Position numbers and translations under genes: made by a program | Shown here: piece after piece, positions 13,253 through 25,550 of the stretch | Position numbering within the stretch: position 1 is the first letter of the stretch | Layout of the letters: each line of letters opens with the position of its first letter | Assembly: GCA_002633005.1 (NCBI GenBank) | Contig: NMRA01000064.1 | Location: 814,360 to 878,359 of the forward strand | Direction: 5' to 3' | DNA length: 64,000 nt | Source of the DNA: Phoronis australis | Taxonomy: Eukaryota > Animalia > Phoronida | The notes under the pieces: generated by a model | Database searches by the model: none | The model's input: only the letters and a program-made list of their open reading frames with translations | What the model was told of the DNA's origin: nothing

Positions 13253-14352
13253 CTCCATCAACACTGCACGCCTTTGCTCTCGTTTTGAGAACAGATCAAT
13301 TGCAATTAAAGACATTTACACATTTCCTAATTTTAAGATAGGTGTAATCAATATACGTTTCAATATAACCTTACACACACCTAGTTAGGCCCACGCGCCT
13401 AAATACGAAATAATGTGTTTTTTCAAGATTTGTTACTCGTTTCATGTATAGGCGCACCAGGACATCCCAATTTTGTGCGAGTTTTAAATCGTGTGCTTTA
13501 AGTGCTTTTATCTATTCTTTGAACTTTAATTTCTATACAAATCAACATCTACCATTTCCAAACGGATAAGTCGAGTGCTATTTGGTTTTAGCCACAATGA
13601 GGGGTAAGCTCCTAATTCCGAATATAGACATAGTTTTACATAACCTGTAGGACCTAAATACGCGCGTGAACGGTTATGATTTATGCGGCATTTTATTCTT
13701 GGTGCAACTTGAACCCTTGCCACTGAGGAATGTTTGAGTTAGTATCCCAAGATATTGTTAAGAACAGACGTCTGCAACTTGGAAGATCAGCATTGCGAGA
13801 AAAAAAACTTGAAAACTTATCATTTTGACGTCATCGACGAGCGATGGTTCGTTAGACTAGTCATTATAATGATCACAGAATTTCGCAAATTCTTTTGTGG
13901 AGATGTTTGCGAGCACCGAAATGCGAAGACTTCAATGAATGAATCCTAAACACAGCAAGAGACCATCCTAATGTTTTTCTAAGGGAAAATTCGTCTTACC
14001 ACACATATATTATCTTGTATTAGGGTCACGATAAATGTAGTTAGTTGGGGAACACAAAGACAAGATCCCTTCAACAGAAAACAAACCACGACTACACTTC
14101 TGTTTATGACGTGCAAATTTCAATCAAGGCAAATATCGTGGTGACGAGTGCTCTAAACTCTGTCTAGCTAATAAATATACAAGCAGTAATAAACGCTCTG
14201 CGCTAAAAACATCACACCTGTCTAATTTAAAGCAAAACAGTTAAGCAAACCGAAAAGGTTAATAAACAAAACAAGACAAAACCAACTTAACGTTGTACAA
14301 TCGCGTTTAACTGAGAAGGAACTCTTTTGCAAAGAAAACAACATTTCAGTAC

Positions 14353-14496
14353 AGCTATAGGCCAAAGTTGTTGAGCGGTGGAAAGAGGGAAAACTTGACG
14401 TGTATAGGGGGTGAGGAAGTGTTGTGTCACGTGAATACCTGAATAACTGCTGTGGTTGTACTCTATCGTTTACGTAACCGTTGTTGACTGACTTTG
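14353..14496 (-). CDS. Candidate 144-nt cassette exon of the synaptopodin-2-like gene (AKSVNNGYVNDRVQPQ...TTLAYS)
   Basis: Strong acceptor tgtgtgtttttCAG, phase 1-1, length divisible by 3, open frame. The donor GTACTG is weak. Confidence 0.4.
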
Positions 14497-15606
14497 CTGA
14501 AAAACACACAGTTACTACACGACCTCGCTTAAATTAAAATCTACATCGCGAGCACCTCCTCACGTTCCAAATTAACACCAGCGCAATTGTCCAAATCCAG
14601 TTATTGGGATAATCATGCATTTTAGTGGTCTAAATTATCTGGACTTCAAACCTTTGCCTAAATTGTTTATAACGTACAAATTGATAATTAAATATATATA
14701 TATATGTACTTTCCAAGTCCCTTAAATCTTCTTATTCAAAAACAATTTAAAATAACTCTAACAATCAATTAAGGATATCTGGAATTATGTAATGACCTCA
14801 ACCACCTCACCCACAATGCTCACACGCCCTAGAAATAAATGACATTCTTAACCCTAACCTTACCCTTTGAAGGAATTATATTTGACCCTTTTGCAGAAGT
14901 TGGAAGGCATAAAATCGATTTAAATAATTCAGATTGTCAAAGTGCAATAGGTTTGACTTCCAGGTAATTTAGACCCCTAAAATGCAGGATTACCTAGTCG
15001 GTAACGTATCTGACGTGTCTACCGAAGTGTATTTTTGCCTTTATCCTTAGGCTTAATGGTCATATTTTCGGAACAAATTAAACCAAAGCAAAATTATTCT
15101 TTATCGACGTTACCACTGAATAACACAGTCATCATCCGGTAGTGTGTGGGGACAACAAACACACGTTTTCTAAGCATGTAAAGAGCTGCAAGATAAAAAC
15201 CATTCAAGCAGGAGCGAGGATCCATACCGATACATCGCCAAGCTGGGCAAGTCAAGAGCACTCAACATAGATACTTGTCAAGTAGATGGACTTCATATGT
15301 CCGTTAATCGACGAACTGGAAATGCTCTCTGTGGTTAATTTAGCTAGCTTATGTTACCCATGTATTAGCCTGTTTTGACTTAAACAGTTATTCAAGTGGC
15401 AACTCTACGCGTACACAAATGCGCCATAGTAGTAACACGTTCGGTGCAACATAGTAACATCGACTTACCTTCGTTTTCAATTTATTTACTCAATAATCGA
15501 ACCTTTTTAACAACCAACAAAAGAACATAGAATTAAAATGTTTCTAACCGGTTGTTACCAACAAATATATGCACACGTGAGTTACAAACTGACTTGGTGT
15601 ACTTAC

Positions 15607-16464
15607 CGGTACGACCCGGAGGAGTGACAGACGCCCAGCCTTTGGGATTTGTGTTGAAATTCTTGAACTGGGATCCAGCCGATGGCGACATCGTTTCCGG
15701 TGGATATGCGGGGTATTTTGATGCGTTTTCTGACGGAGAATTTCGCCACGGTTGCGCAATCTGCGGTTTCGGCAGTACGGCTGGTGGTTCAGGGGGTTTG
15801 ATATCAATTTTATAGTCGTCCAGGTGCTTAAATGCTTGATCGAGTCCTCCGTAAGGATCCTTAGCGGCCGCCTCCCATGGGCTTAAGTAAGGTTTAGGAG
15901 GGTTTGCCAGTTTGTCTATCTTCTGAGCAAGTGTCGCCTGAGGAGTGGGGGCTGTTTTTACATTTGTTTCGTCAATCACAAACTTTTCACATCTTTCACG
16001 TCGTTTTGCAAAGATCTTGGCTCCCTTCCCCTTATTCTTGTGAAGGTCAGCGACCAGAGACGACGTAATCTCCGTGTTTTCCGGTGAAGCCGGCGATCCA
16101 CCATACATTTTGTTTTGCTTATTTTTCCGTACTTCCAATTCGTCGCGTGTTAAATAGCTCTTAATAGGAGCTTCCGTTACTTGAGTGCTAATTTTGGGTA
16201 TCCGAAAATGAAATAGTGGCTGGCTTTCCTCCTCCGTATCTAAGCCGTCTAAACCGGCAAAGACTTCCTCTTCTTCACCGCTTCCCACTGTCCACCTGCG
16301 CGCCCTATTTTTTCTCTTGGCAAACATCGTGGCGCCGCGTGCTTTCTGATTGGCTGAGGCCTCCAAGGACGAGGCTATTTCATGACACAACTTGATTTGA
16401 TCTTCAATGGTCGGGTAGTTTTTAGCTGGGTCATCGTAAAATGCGGAATCGGAAAACAATTTCT
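15607..16464 (-). CDS. SYNPO2: Synaptopodin-2/calsarcin-like protein, conserved core exon
   Basis: Two RGA/KGA..FAKR repeats (NQKARGATMFAKRKNRARRW; GKGAKIFAKRRERCEKFVIDE), SPWEAAAKDPYGGLDQAF (close to the SYNPO2 SPWEAA motif) and FNTNPKGW. Acceptor ctctttCAG, donor GTAAGT, phase 1-1. Confidence 0.9.
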
Positions 16465-17889
16465 CTGAAAGAGAAACGCAGTATATAAAATCCAAAAGTT
16501 TCAAATAACAATCACTTGTAGAGAAGTGAACAAGTCTATTTTAACCGCATGGTGTACGAGTGAAACAGAATGCCTAAAATGGACTCGTCTGAACAGGTAA
16601 AAACAAACCAGACTCCATCAATAAGCCTATGTGCTCAAAAGATTGATTAGGCTGCATCAGTTGAAGAGCTTTCCTAAGCCGTGTAAAATTACAAATGTAA
16701 GTTTTGGTCAACCTGGAAAAAGATTCGCATTAATACAATGTCAAACTGTTTGCTCTGAATCAATTGCGGAATTTTAACAAACATACGAAAGCCTAAGCAT
16801 GAAAATCTTACAAAATTACGCCCAGTTATGTCTAATTAATCAACACTGAATATACGATAACTGGTTGGTCCTGAAATTTTATAAACGGAAACTGGGGCGA
16901 AGAAATGGCAGACATTTCGATAGGATGCCATTAAATCACCACTAAAAGGTTTGACAAAATTTCCCATATCAGCAATGCTGCTGAGAAGTATTAAATTTAT
17001 TATTTTGGTAATTGTCAGTGCATCATCTTCGAAACCTTTTGATTGACACAAAGAGACACATCACTCCATCTGAAATGCAGCCAAACTTGCATGGCTGGGA
17101 TGCATTCTTCCTGGGTACTACTGCCCAAGCCAAGTCATGTTATTGTCTTTGTAATATTTTACGTTAGTTTTTTAATCTATAATCAATTTAGTGGCCTTAT
17201 CGGCGTCTGTGTGTTGAAATCAGCCGTTTCAAGTTCTGTGATACCAGTCCTACGCTTTGCCAGTCACGTTAAAAGCCAATGAGACAAGAAGTCTACTTTA
17301 AATAACAATAATCTAAAAATGCACTTTTAGTCCCTAAAGCTGCTTGTATCGTTTAAAAAAAACAGGGTGTGAGCAAAGGTCAAATCAATGTCACGTGCTT
17401 TCATGTACACGTTATGTTACTATAGCTAAAATAAGTGAACAACACGACCCGTATATCCTCAAGAAAGACTGCAAAATGATTATTCACGGTAAAGAAGCTT
17501 GATCAGTAACCAAGCCCCCTCGGAACCACGAAAAATTGCACAACGTAGGGCTCCCAAACGTTCGTCCCACTAGTCCGACGGCAACTCCCACCATACTCCC
17601 CACTCGCCGCCAGGTCGCACCAGTGTGGCTTGCACTTTCGGACACTCACGCCACTCCTCCCCGCCATTAAACAAAGGTAGAAACTATTCCAACGCAACGA
17701 TGAATCGTTGAAAAAGCTAGGTCGCTGCAGAGTGACTATTTTGTAAGGACACCCTTTGTTGTAATCAGTGAACTTATGTATAATTCGGCATGGGAACCCT
17801 CTTGGTAATGACTAAGATATAAAGCTAACTTTACGATAGATCCGATGCTGTTTGAGACTGTGACTATAGAGATACACACCAAACAACAC

Positions 17890-19179
17890 TTCTGTACTTG
17901 TAGGCAAGATCTTCTTAAACGTCATAGGTTAGTCAAACCACGTGACCTATACTTAAAGTCTGAAAAGATCTTTATTCCGACAAGGGCTCGAAAGTGTGAC
18001 CGAGCAGGAAGTCCCGGGCTCGAGCCCTAGCTGCGACAGAGATCTGTTCAGATTTACACTGAAACTATAAGCCACGTGATTTTACTAACATAAGATGTGC
18101 ATGAAGACTCACAGTTCATGTTTATACCAGACCAACACGTTGATTTGTAACATCACAATTACATTATTCTATACTTACTTTTCCTGTCGGGTGATGACAC
18201 GTCGGGAAACACTTCAAATGAATGAACTAAATCCAACGAAGTCGGTTTGATCATCCCCGGGATGTGCTTCAAAGAGTGTACTGGCAATGGAACCTCTTTG
18301 GTAACGATCCGGATTAGTTCCTGTGTGGAAGTTTGAATGGAGTCCCCATTCGTGTAGCTTGGATCAGCCATAAGCATTGGCGCAGGGTGGTAGGTCGAAG
18401 TATTCTCGGGTCGGAATTGGGGATCTGGCTGAGTTTCCACATATATAGGCTTCTGCGGTGTAGAAACATGCTCATGGTAGACCCCTTGTTGTTGGACGGT
18501 GCGTGTTTGACCTAAGCTTCCAGGTGGCTGCCANTTCTGTACTTGTAGGTAAGATCTTCTTTAACGTCATAGGTTAGTCAAACCACGTGACCTATACTTA
18601 AAGTCTGAAAAGATCTTTATTCCGACAAGGGCTCGAAAGTGTGACCGAGCAGGAAAGTCCCGGGCTCGAGCCCTAGCTGCGACAGAGATCTGTTCAGATT
18701 TACACTGAAACTAAAAGCCACGTGATTTTACTAACATAAGACGTGCATGAAGACTCACAGTTCATGTTTATACCAGACCAACACGTTGATTTGTAACATC
18801 ACAATTACATTATTCTATACTTACTTTTCCTGTCGGGTGATGACACGTCGGGAAACACTTCAAATGAATGAACTAAATCCAACGAAGTCGGTTTGATCAT
18901 CCCCGGGATGTGCTTCAAAGAGTGTACTGGCAATGGAACCTCTTTGGTAACGATCCGGATTAGTTCCTGTGTGGAAGTTTGAATGGAGTCCCCATTCGTG
19001 TAGCTTGGATCAGCCATAAGCATTGGCGCAGGGTGGTAGGTCGAAGTATTCTCGGGTCGGAATTGGGGATCTGGCTGAGTTTCCACATATATAGGCTTCT
19101 GCGGTGTAGAAACATGCTCATGGTAGACCCCTTGTTGTTGGACGGTGCGTGTTTGACCTAAGCTTCCAGGTGGCTGCCA
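17890..19179. repeat. ~645-bp near-identical tandem duplication either side of an N (likely haplotype-overlap artefact)
   Basis: 17890-18533 matches 18535-19179 except for ~5 intronic differences. The single N at 18534 is exactly at the junction. Confidence 0.9.
17929..18088. mobile_element. Palindromic element with tRNA B-box-like cores (family also at 59685-60116; duplicated at ~18574-18734)
   Basis: ttagtcaaaccacgtgacctata...tctgaaaagatct...agggctcga is inverted to tcgagccct...agatctgttcaga...tataagccacgtgattttactaa. Confidence 0.6.
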
Positions 19180-20071
19180 TTTTGGCACTTCACTGGTAGC
19201 AACATGGATCTTACTGACTGTAAATTTTGGTTTTTGAGGAGAAATGTTTTCTTTATTTTGTTGCCACGGCTGGGTAGTGCCATATTCTTTCAACAGATGG
19301 TGCTGATCATCATATGGTGGTTGTTGTTGATGCTGTATTGGCACGATTTTGCCTTGCTGAGGGGTGGCAAGGTTAGCCTGTCTTCTGTGTTCTGCCTGTT
19401 TCTCAAACACTTCCTGCTGTTTCTTGTCTTCTTCCAGCCTCGCTTGCAAACTTACACCAGCAGGAGATGCAGACGGATAACCGCCATTCGCCATTGGTTC
19501 ACTGGGTGAGGACTCTTGCGCCATTTTCATGCTGAACGCTGATGGTTGTGTTGGTTTAAGAGCTGGGCTGGACTGCAATGAATGGGCATTAAATTTTGGT
19601 GTTGGCGCTTTCATCTGATTGGTAACTGGTGCTGAAAACTGCACAGCTTGAGATCCATCTTGAGCTGTATTAATTCCCGCGCTTTGTACCATGCTTACAC
19701 TTGCAGGGGTTGCAAATGAGTCGGTAGACGTCGCCTTCGACTCTTCAGACGAACGTTGAACTTGCGAAGTGATCTGTTGCATGCCTTGCGCCGTTTCTGT
19801 CCTCTCTGACTTCGAATGCCACGTGATCTTCTGGTTTCCTTTGGTTTCAGTTGTTGTTTCCGACGTTTTATGATGAACTGTTACACCATCAGTCACCGTC
19901 TCGGACGAAATCACGCGAGATGTTGTTTCACTGAATACCGCCGTAGGTTCCATAATGGAATCGTTACTTATGACGAGGTGATTTGACTCTGGAACACCAT
20001 TTTCTACCACCACCTGAGAGGTCACGTGCGTTACCTTGGATACTGACTTGTCCGGAGAAATTCCGCCTTCC
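18825..20071 (-). CDS. SYNPO2: Synaptopodin-2-like protein, large low-complexity exon (S/T/Q/P-rich)
   Basis: 1247-nt open frame, acceptor ttttCAG (20074-20072), donor GTAAGT (18824). Phases 2 and 1 join the PDZ exon and the core exon in frame. Confidence 0.88.
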
Positions 20072-20218
20072 CTGAAAATTAGTTTTAATAAAATGTTGAT
20101 GAGAGCTGCATTATTAGGTCACAAAAATAAGTTGTACATGACAAAAATTTGTAAATCTATAGAAAATGTATCAAGACGCTTAGCGAAAAAGTGTTCAATG
20201 GCGTGGTAAAGTACAAAC

Positions 20219-20370
20219 CTTTTCAAAACTAGTGTTAGATCCTGTAAAGCCGCGTCAATTAACGCCATGGCGTCGGTGTGGCGCCGGTTGGTCATATCCT
20301 GCCCGTCAATGCTCACAATTGTGTCGTTTTCGCATATACCACTTTTGTCGGCTTTACTCCTTTTGCGCAC
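20219..20370 (-). CDS. SYNPO2: Synaptopodin-2-like protein, PDZ domain second half (VRKRSKADKSGICENDTIVSIDG...LTLVLKR)
   Basis: PDZ betaC-alphaB pattern. Acceptor ctttttCAG, donor GTTTGT, phase 0-2. Confidence 0.92.
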
Positions 20371-23300
20371 CTGAAAAAGACAAAAATGTAAAATATAATA
20401 TTTTTGAAATATGAACCATATATAAACAGTTATGTGTGACAAGTAAGCTTTTTGCATGTTGAGAAATGACACGAAGGTATCGAATTTAGAATTGATTATA
20501 ATTATAACTGAAACGGTGTTCGGTAATCCACATGATTTTTGTTCTCGCTACAGTATTAAACCTATCGCCAGGATTTTGAGTGACGACATAACTGACCATT
20601 TAGAACTCATCATTCTTGACAAACCTTCTTTTCCAAACCGACAAACAACACGTTGCCGGGTTAGTCGACATTACGCAAGGGGGTGGAGCTTGCGATAGGT
20701 CAATTGTAATGTAGCAGGAAACTTTGGTAAACCAGTGGATAATGGTCACAATGGACCGACGATCACTGCTAAGGGGTCCAGTCCAGATATGGAGGCATAC
20801 GGGGCGTGCGTTCAGTAGCGCGAGGACATACGCTAGGACCTAGCTCAAATCTAGCCAAAATCACGTGTTCTAATTTAAAATACACGGCAATGTCTCAATT
20901 AATCTCGCGAAGTCTCGCTTTTTCGTGAGGTCCTAGCGTTACTGAACGGGAGGAGGACTTCGCCGCTGTTGTTGGGCAAACTGACGTCAGCAAAACATCG
21001 TGGATAGAATACTCCGTGTCGGTTGATACGAAGTGAACGTTTTCCGTTACACAGAAGAGAGCAAACAGAGGGGAATAATCCATCAAGATTTTGCAATCAC
21101 CTAAATGAGTCTAATTAGTATAGATATATAGATAGCCTTGAATGTCGCATTAACCCGAACTAAATGATTTATTAATTAACTTCTAATACTAAATGCCATT
21201 ATAGTCTCGAAAGTCAATTTAATCAGTTTCTCTAGATTTGAATGAGCTGCTGCAAAAACTGCTTATAGAGAAAACTGGAAGATTTGATGTCATTGCTCAC
21301 GGACATGCATAGAGTTGTCCTATTTTTACACCTTTGTATGACCTTCACCCCCTGCAAATACTGTGTGCTGCACCCAGTACCGTTCACCATCACAACACAT
21401 GTGGTCATCAATCTTAATGGACAGGTTAACCGTGTTGTTGGGTTTAGAGTTGAACAGAAATAATTTGTCATACGTAGTTAGGGATTTACTCTCTAGGTTC
21501 GCCGTGTTTTCGAAAGATGGCGATATCGATGTTACAATGAAAGTTCGATGACGAATACACTGAAAGGTTTCACAAAAAGTTAGCAATGTCTTGAAAATGC
21601 CTAAACATGATTTTTCACTCAGCGTTACGTGATGTGCAATAAACGACTGTGTGCATTTCGACATTGTAAAACTACGTTACTGAACACGTGGTAACAGGTA
21701 TAGCTTTTTATATGCGCCGATTTCGTTAGCCCGAAAATATACATAAAACCTGCCACCAAATGTAACGCAGTTGACTTAGCCGTAACCGAAACCAATGCTG
21801 TTTGGCACAACCAAACAACAGGAAATTCTCAAGTGCCTATAATTGCAGTGTGTATAATACAAGCTACGTGTATATTTATGATCGCCTGATGGATTGGCTA
21901 CAACCCGGGAAGCAAGTGTGATACATAAATGAACAGAGCAGAGCATGATTCTAAATGTACACCCCAACCATATCAATATAGAACCAAAGAAACTTTCCCA
22001 GATATAACGTTAATTCGATTCCTGGAAAGTAAAGTTATTCATTGTGTGTATGTATACTTATGGAATGGAATAAACTAAAAAAGAAAATAACTTTAAAAAA
22101 CAGAAGGTTGGGAATCAGGCAGTTGTCATTCGAAATTAAACACTCATTCTACGTCATTGTTTAATAAAGGAATTGCTTGTGAATCGAATAGGACCAAATA
22201 CTTAAATAAATCTTCCGATGTTGAGTTCTAATGCCACGCACTCTAACCAGTTCCAAACACCGCTAATTGTTTCGTTTCAAAATCATTCTAAAACGTTAAA
22301 CCATCCCAACATGCTTATCGTGTTGCTACTTTCTTACACATAAAAATATTTCGATAGAATTGTTAAACCAGTCTGCACAATTTCATTGAACGTCACAACG
22401 CCCAGCACAAAGATTTGTAGAGGTCGTCTGACGGCCAAAGCGGCAGTTTTCGTAGACGGTCATGCAATGAACTCAAATTGAGACCGAAATAAATAGTAGA
22501 ATTTACCGATGTACATGTATGATTTAACTACGGAATGATAAGAAGTCCACGTAACAAGTTTACTCTACACTCAGATAATACTGGATGGGTGAGAGACATT
22601 ACGAAGTTCAAAGAGGGGTAGATTTGCGCGTGGCATCTTCAGCTGTTTCATTTCACCATCGGAAGTAAAGTGTCTGTGTTTCGCGATAACAGTAGCAAAG
22701 TTGTTCGGGTAAATTGAGCAAGGCTAGGAAGGGGGCAGTGACCTTATAAACACGAAACAGGGAATTTTAAAATTAGGGTAGGTTAAATTTCAGCTGACTT
22801 CTTTGAAGAGCTTAGAAAATTCGTTTTCTAGTTGCAAAACCTTTGTGGGTTCGTCACGCCAGTTTGGAAACTTCCAGATCACGTGAATTTTTTTACTATG
22901 CGTGCAGGAACAATTACACTGAATATTGCCACATTTTGAACAAAATAATACTAAAACAGGATTGGTGTTCACAATAAGATCGTTAGTGCAACAACTGATG
23001 CACGTACATATGTTTCCCAATGCATCGATTGTGTATCTTGGTTTTGAACAATATGCACACAAAGACAAAAATAAAAAATTCAGTAAGGCCACTTTGCGTC
23101 GAGAAAAAAGGAAATACTCGCGAACAATTCAAGAGTAATTCCCTTGAGATTTTGATTATCCCGGGTTAAGTACTTTATTCCAAATGAATTGGTGAGAAAA
23201 CGCTATGGAATCGTCAAATTGGTAATCAGGTCACGTTAATAGATCGTTGAGGAGAGTTTTATTGGTGTTTGTGGCTATTCAAGATGGAATGCACCTGCAG

Positions 23301-24350
23301 AGTAAAAGGGAGAGTATTTATATTGGCCGGTGGTAAGATTAAATCAAATACTGTTGAAATATTTGCTCACGATAGAAAGAGCCGTATTGTGTCAAGTGCT
23401 TAGTAGACATTGCGGGACGAAACTCACTTCATTAAACGTTTACACAACTCTCACAGCATCCGACTCAGTGAGAGGAGTGTGTGGCAGATTTTGAACTTTA
23501 AACAAACGCGGACAGTGCTCACCACGAAAAAGCATCTCCTTAATGCGGCACAACATTATAAACGTTTTGAGCGACTGTTTTAGCGAAGTAGACAACAAAA
23601 CGCTAACCCCATAACCAAGAGCATGCGCTGCTCATTTGTCAGTGGTAGACCACACTGACTGACATTCTACTTGTAGATTCCTTGGCGCTGACCGTCAACC
23701 GACGGTTGTTTTCTTCAAAGATACCCACGCATACAAGAAAGTAAGGAACAGAAAGAAATAGACAGTTGCGAATTTGAATAAAAATGAAATGCGGAATTTT
23801 TTTTCTCTTTTTTACATTTATGGTTTGTGCTCTTACCTTGGTAAATTAGAACACATTTTTGCCAATCTGCGCCAATGTAAAAGACAGCAGAAGAACATTC
23901 GAACGATATGTGCACTTGGAAGGTACAGTAGAGAATAGTTCGTTACACAATAGCAGCACCATTATTTGGGTATTGGAATGTGTATTGGAAGAAATTATCA
24001 ACGAGAGACGTCATGTATTCGTTACAGCCCTGGCGATATCATGTACATGTACACTTTCTTATCTTGAAATCGAGAACCTACTAACATTGGCAAACGCAGA
24101 AATAGCGTGATGGCGTCATTATATATATAGCAATGGCGTGTTGTCACCCGGATGCAAGCGTTGCTTGTAGGTTGCAACGTACTACACGTGCACCGCTTAA
24201 TTTATGCGCGTGTTTTTGCCCAATCACTTACACCTGAAATTATGTGTCTTTTGACGGAAAATTTCTACTCAAAAGTTTGAAATAGAGGCGCATGTGCCAG
24301 TTATTTAAACTGGGTGTTTCTGTCTATTCTTAGAAAGCTTCTTTCAATAG

Positions 24351-24480
24351 TTAAAGGCCGGCCATTACCGTTTTACGGCCGAAAAATGTATCTTGGTAAT
24401 AATTGCTGGATGAGATAGGCTTTTTGGAGTTATTAGCATTGACAAGAGCTAAAAAACAAAGAAATCTGTTGTGTTTTTGT
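24351..24480 (+). repeat. Interspersed repeat fragment beginning TTAAAGG (Kolobok-like end); related copy at ~31663-31870
   Basis: Shared sequence gttttacg.c.aaa...gtat.ttgg.aa...ttgctggat...gatag.ct...agagc.a.aaaacaa in both places. Confidence 0.45.
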
Positions 24481-25299
24481 AATTTTATTAAAAATCGCCA
24501 ATTCCCGCCGTTGTCTGTCTGACAATAAATACTCTGCCATTTACGGAGTGTGATTTAGTTCAGCCAGCAGAGCGTTTAAAACTGCGACCTTGAGGGTATC
24601 GGGTTTTAATACGCGCTGGTGATGATCTCAGAAAACCATCTTGCCAATAATATTTTAACGCTTTAAAACGAAATTTGGATACAAGAATACTCGTCAATAT
24701 CTTTCATTTTGTAACTGATACGTCAAAGTTCACTCGTATTAGAAGAATTTGCTCCTTGGCATTAACTCGTGTGTTGGCGTACGCGCACATATCCGCCTAA
24801 AGAAGAAGTTTCACATACGGACGCAGACTTGTGTATATGATAGAGCTCAACGTCGAGAAAACCCCTAAATGATCTGGTAAGCATTAAAATCGATGTATAT
24901 AGATGTACCAGACAGCATATGCACGACCATCATCGAATCAACCACACGAACCACTGAATTATCTGTACGAACCATTGGTACCAGTACGTACCAACCACAT
25001 TCTTTGATGATGGTCCACATTGTGTACTGAAGAGAAGTAGTCCAAGTGAGTGATTCGGTGCGCGTATGGGTAATTAATTTACGTTCGTGCGGCGAATGAG
25101 TCGAAGGTACATGCGCACGATTTCGGCCGCGAGCGCAAGATTACGCGATTTGTATTTATGACTCAATGGGACGTGACGGTGATTTAACAAGTCGTAAGGA
25201 TGACCCGAGGCACCCGTGTATACGTTTTACAGCTTTGAATTAACAGGATCTTTTGCCAGAATATGACGTGCGTCGAGGGGAGTGCGGTGACCCGGTGCC

Positions 25300-25550
25300 G
25301 GCATCGCGCTCTAAAGGAAATCAAGAAACCACGGAAGAGATAGAGAACCACACAATCAAGCAATGGAAACGAGATACATTTGGTATAAACAAAGCTTTCA
25401 GTGCCATCAGCTCTATTTATCTTTACCATCGGTATAAACAGAGTAGAGACACTGGTTCCACCTAAAACAACAGCGTCATGGAGTATACTTCCAGCAGACC
25501 ACAAATGCGCGGATGCTGTAAACACGTTTAACAGAAGGCGGGGGTGAATC
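25300..25550 (+). mobile_element. Decayed 3' end of a CR1/L2-type LINE
   Basis: One frame reads ETLVPPKTTASWSILPADHKCADAVNTFNRRRG*, resembling the terminal F.P.T...WN.LP.....A...N.FK.RL motif. Confidence 0.45.

Noticed and set aside
18159-18440. 93-aa ORF identical to the end of the 406-aa ORF
   Set aside because: Produced by the duplication at the N (18534). It has no splice acceptor of its own and is probably an assembly artefact.
21326-21664. ORF faintly resembling an RTE LINE reverse-transcriptase segment
   Set aside because: Too degenerate to support by eye.
24226-24242. tttcag|GTGTAAGT on the minus strand as a recursive splice site or microexon in intron 1
   Set aside because: Short motif expected by chance in an 8-kb intron, with a poor polypyrimidine tract.
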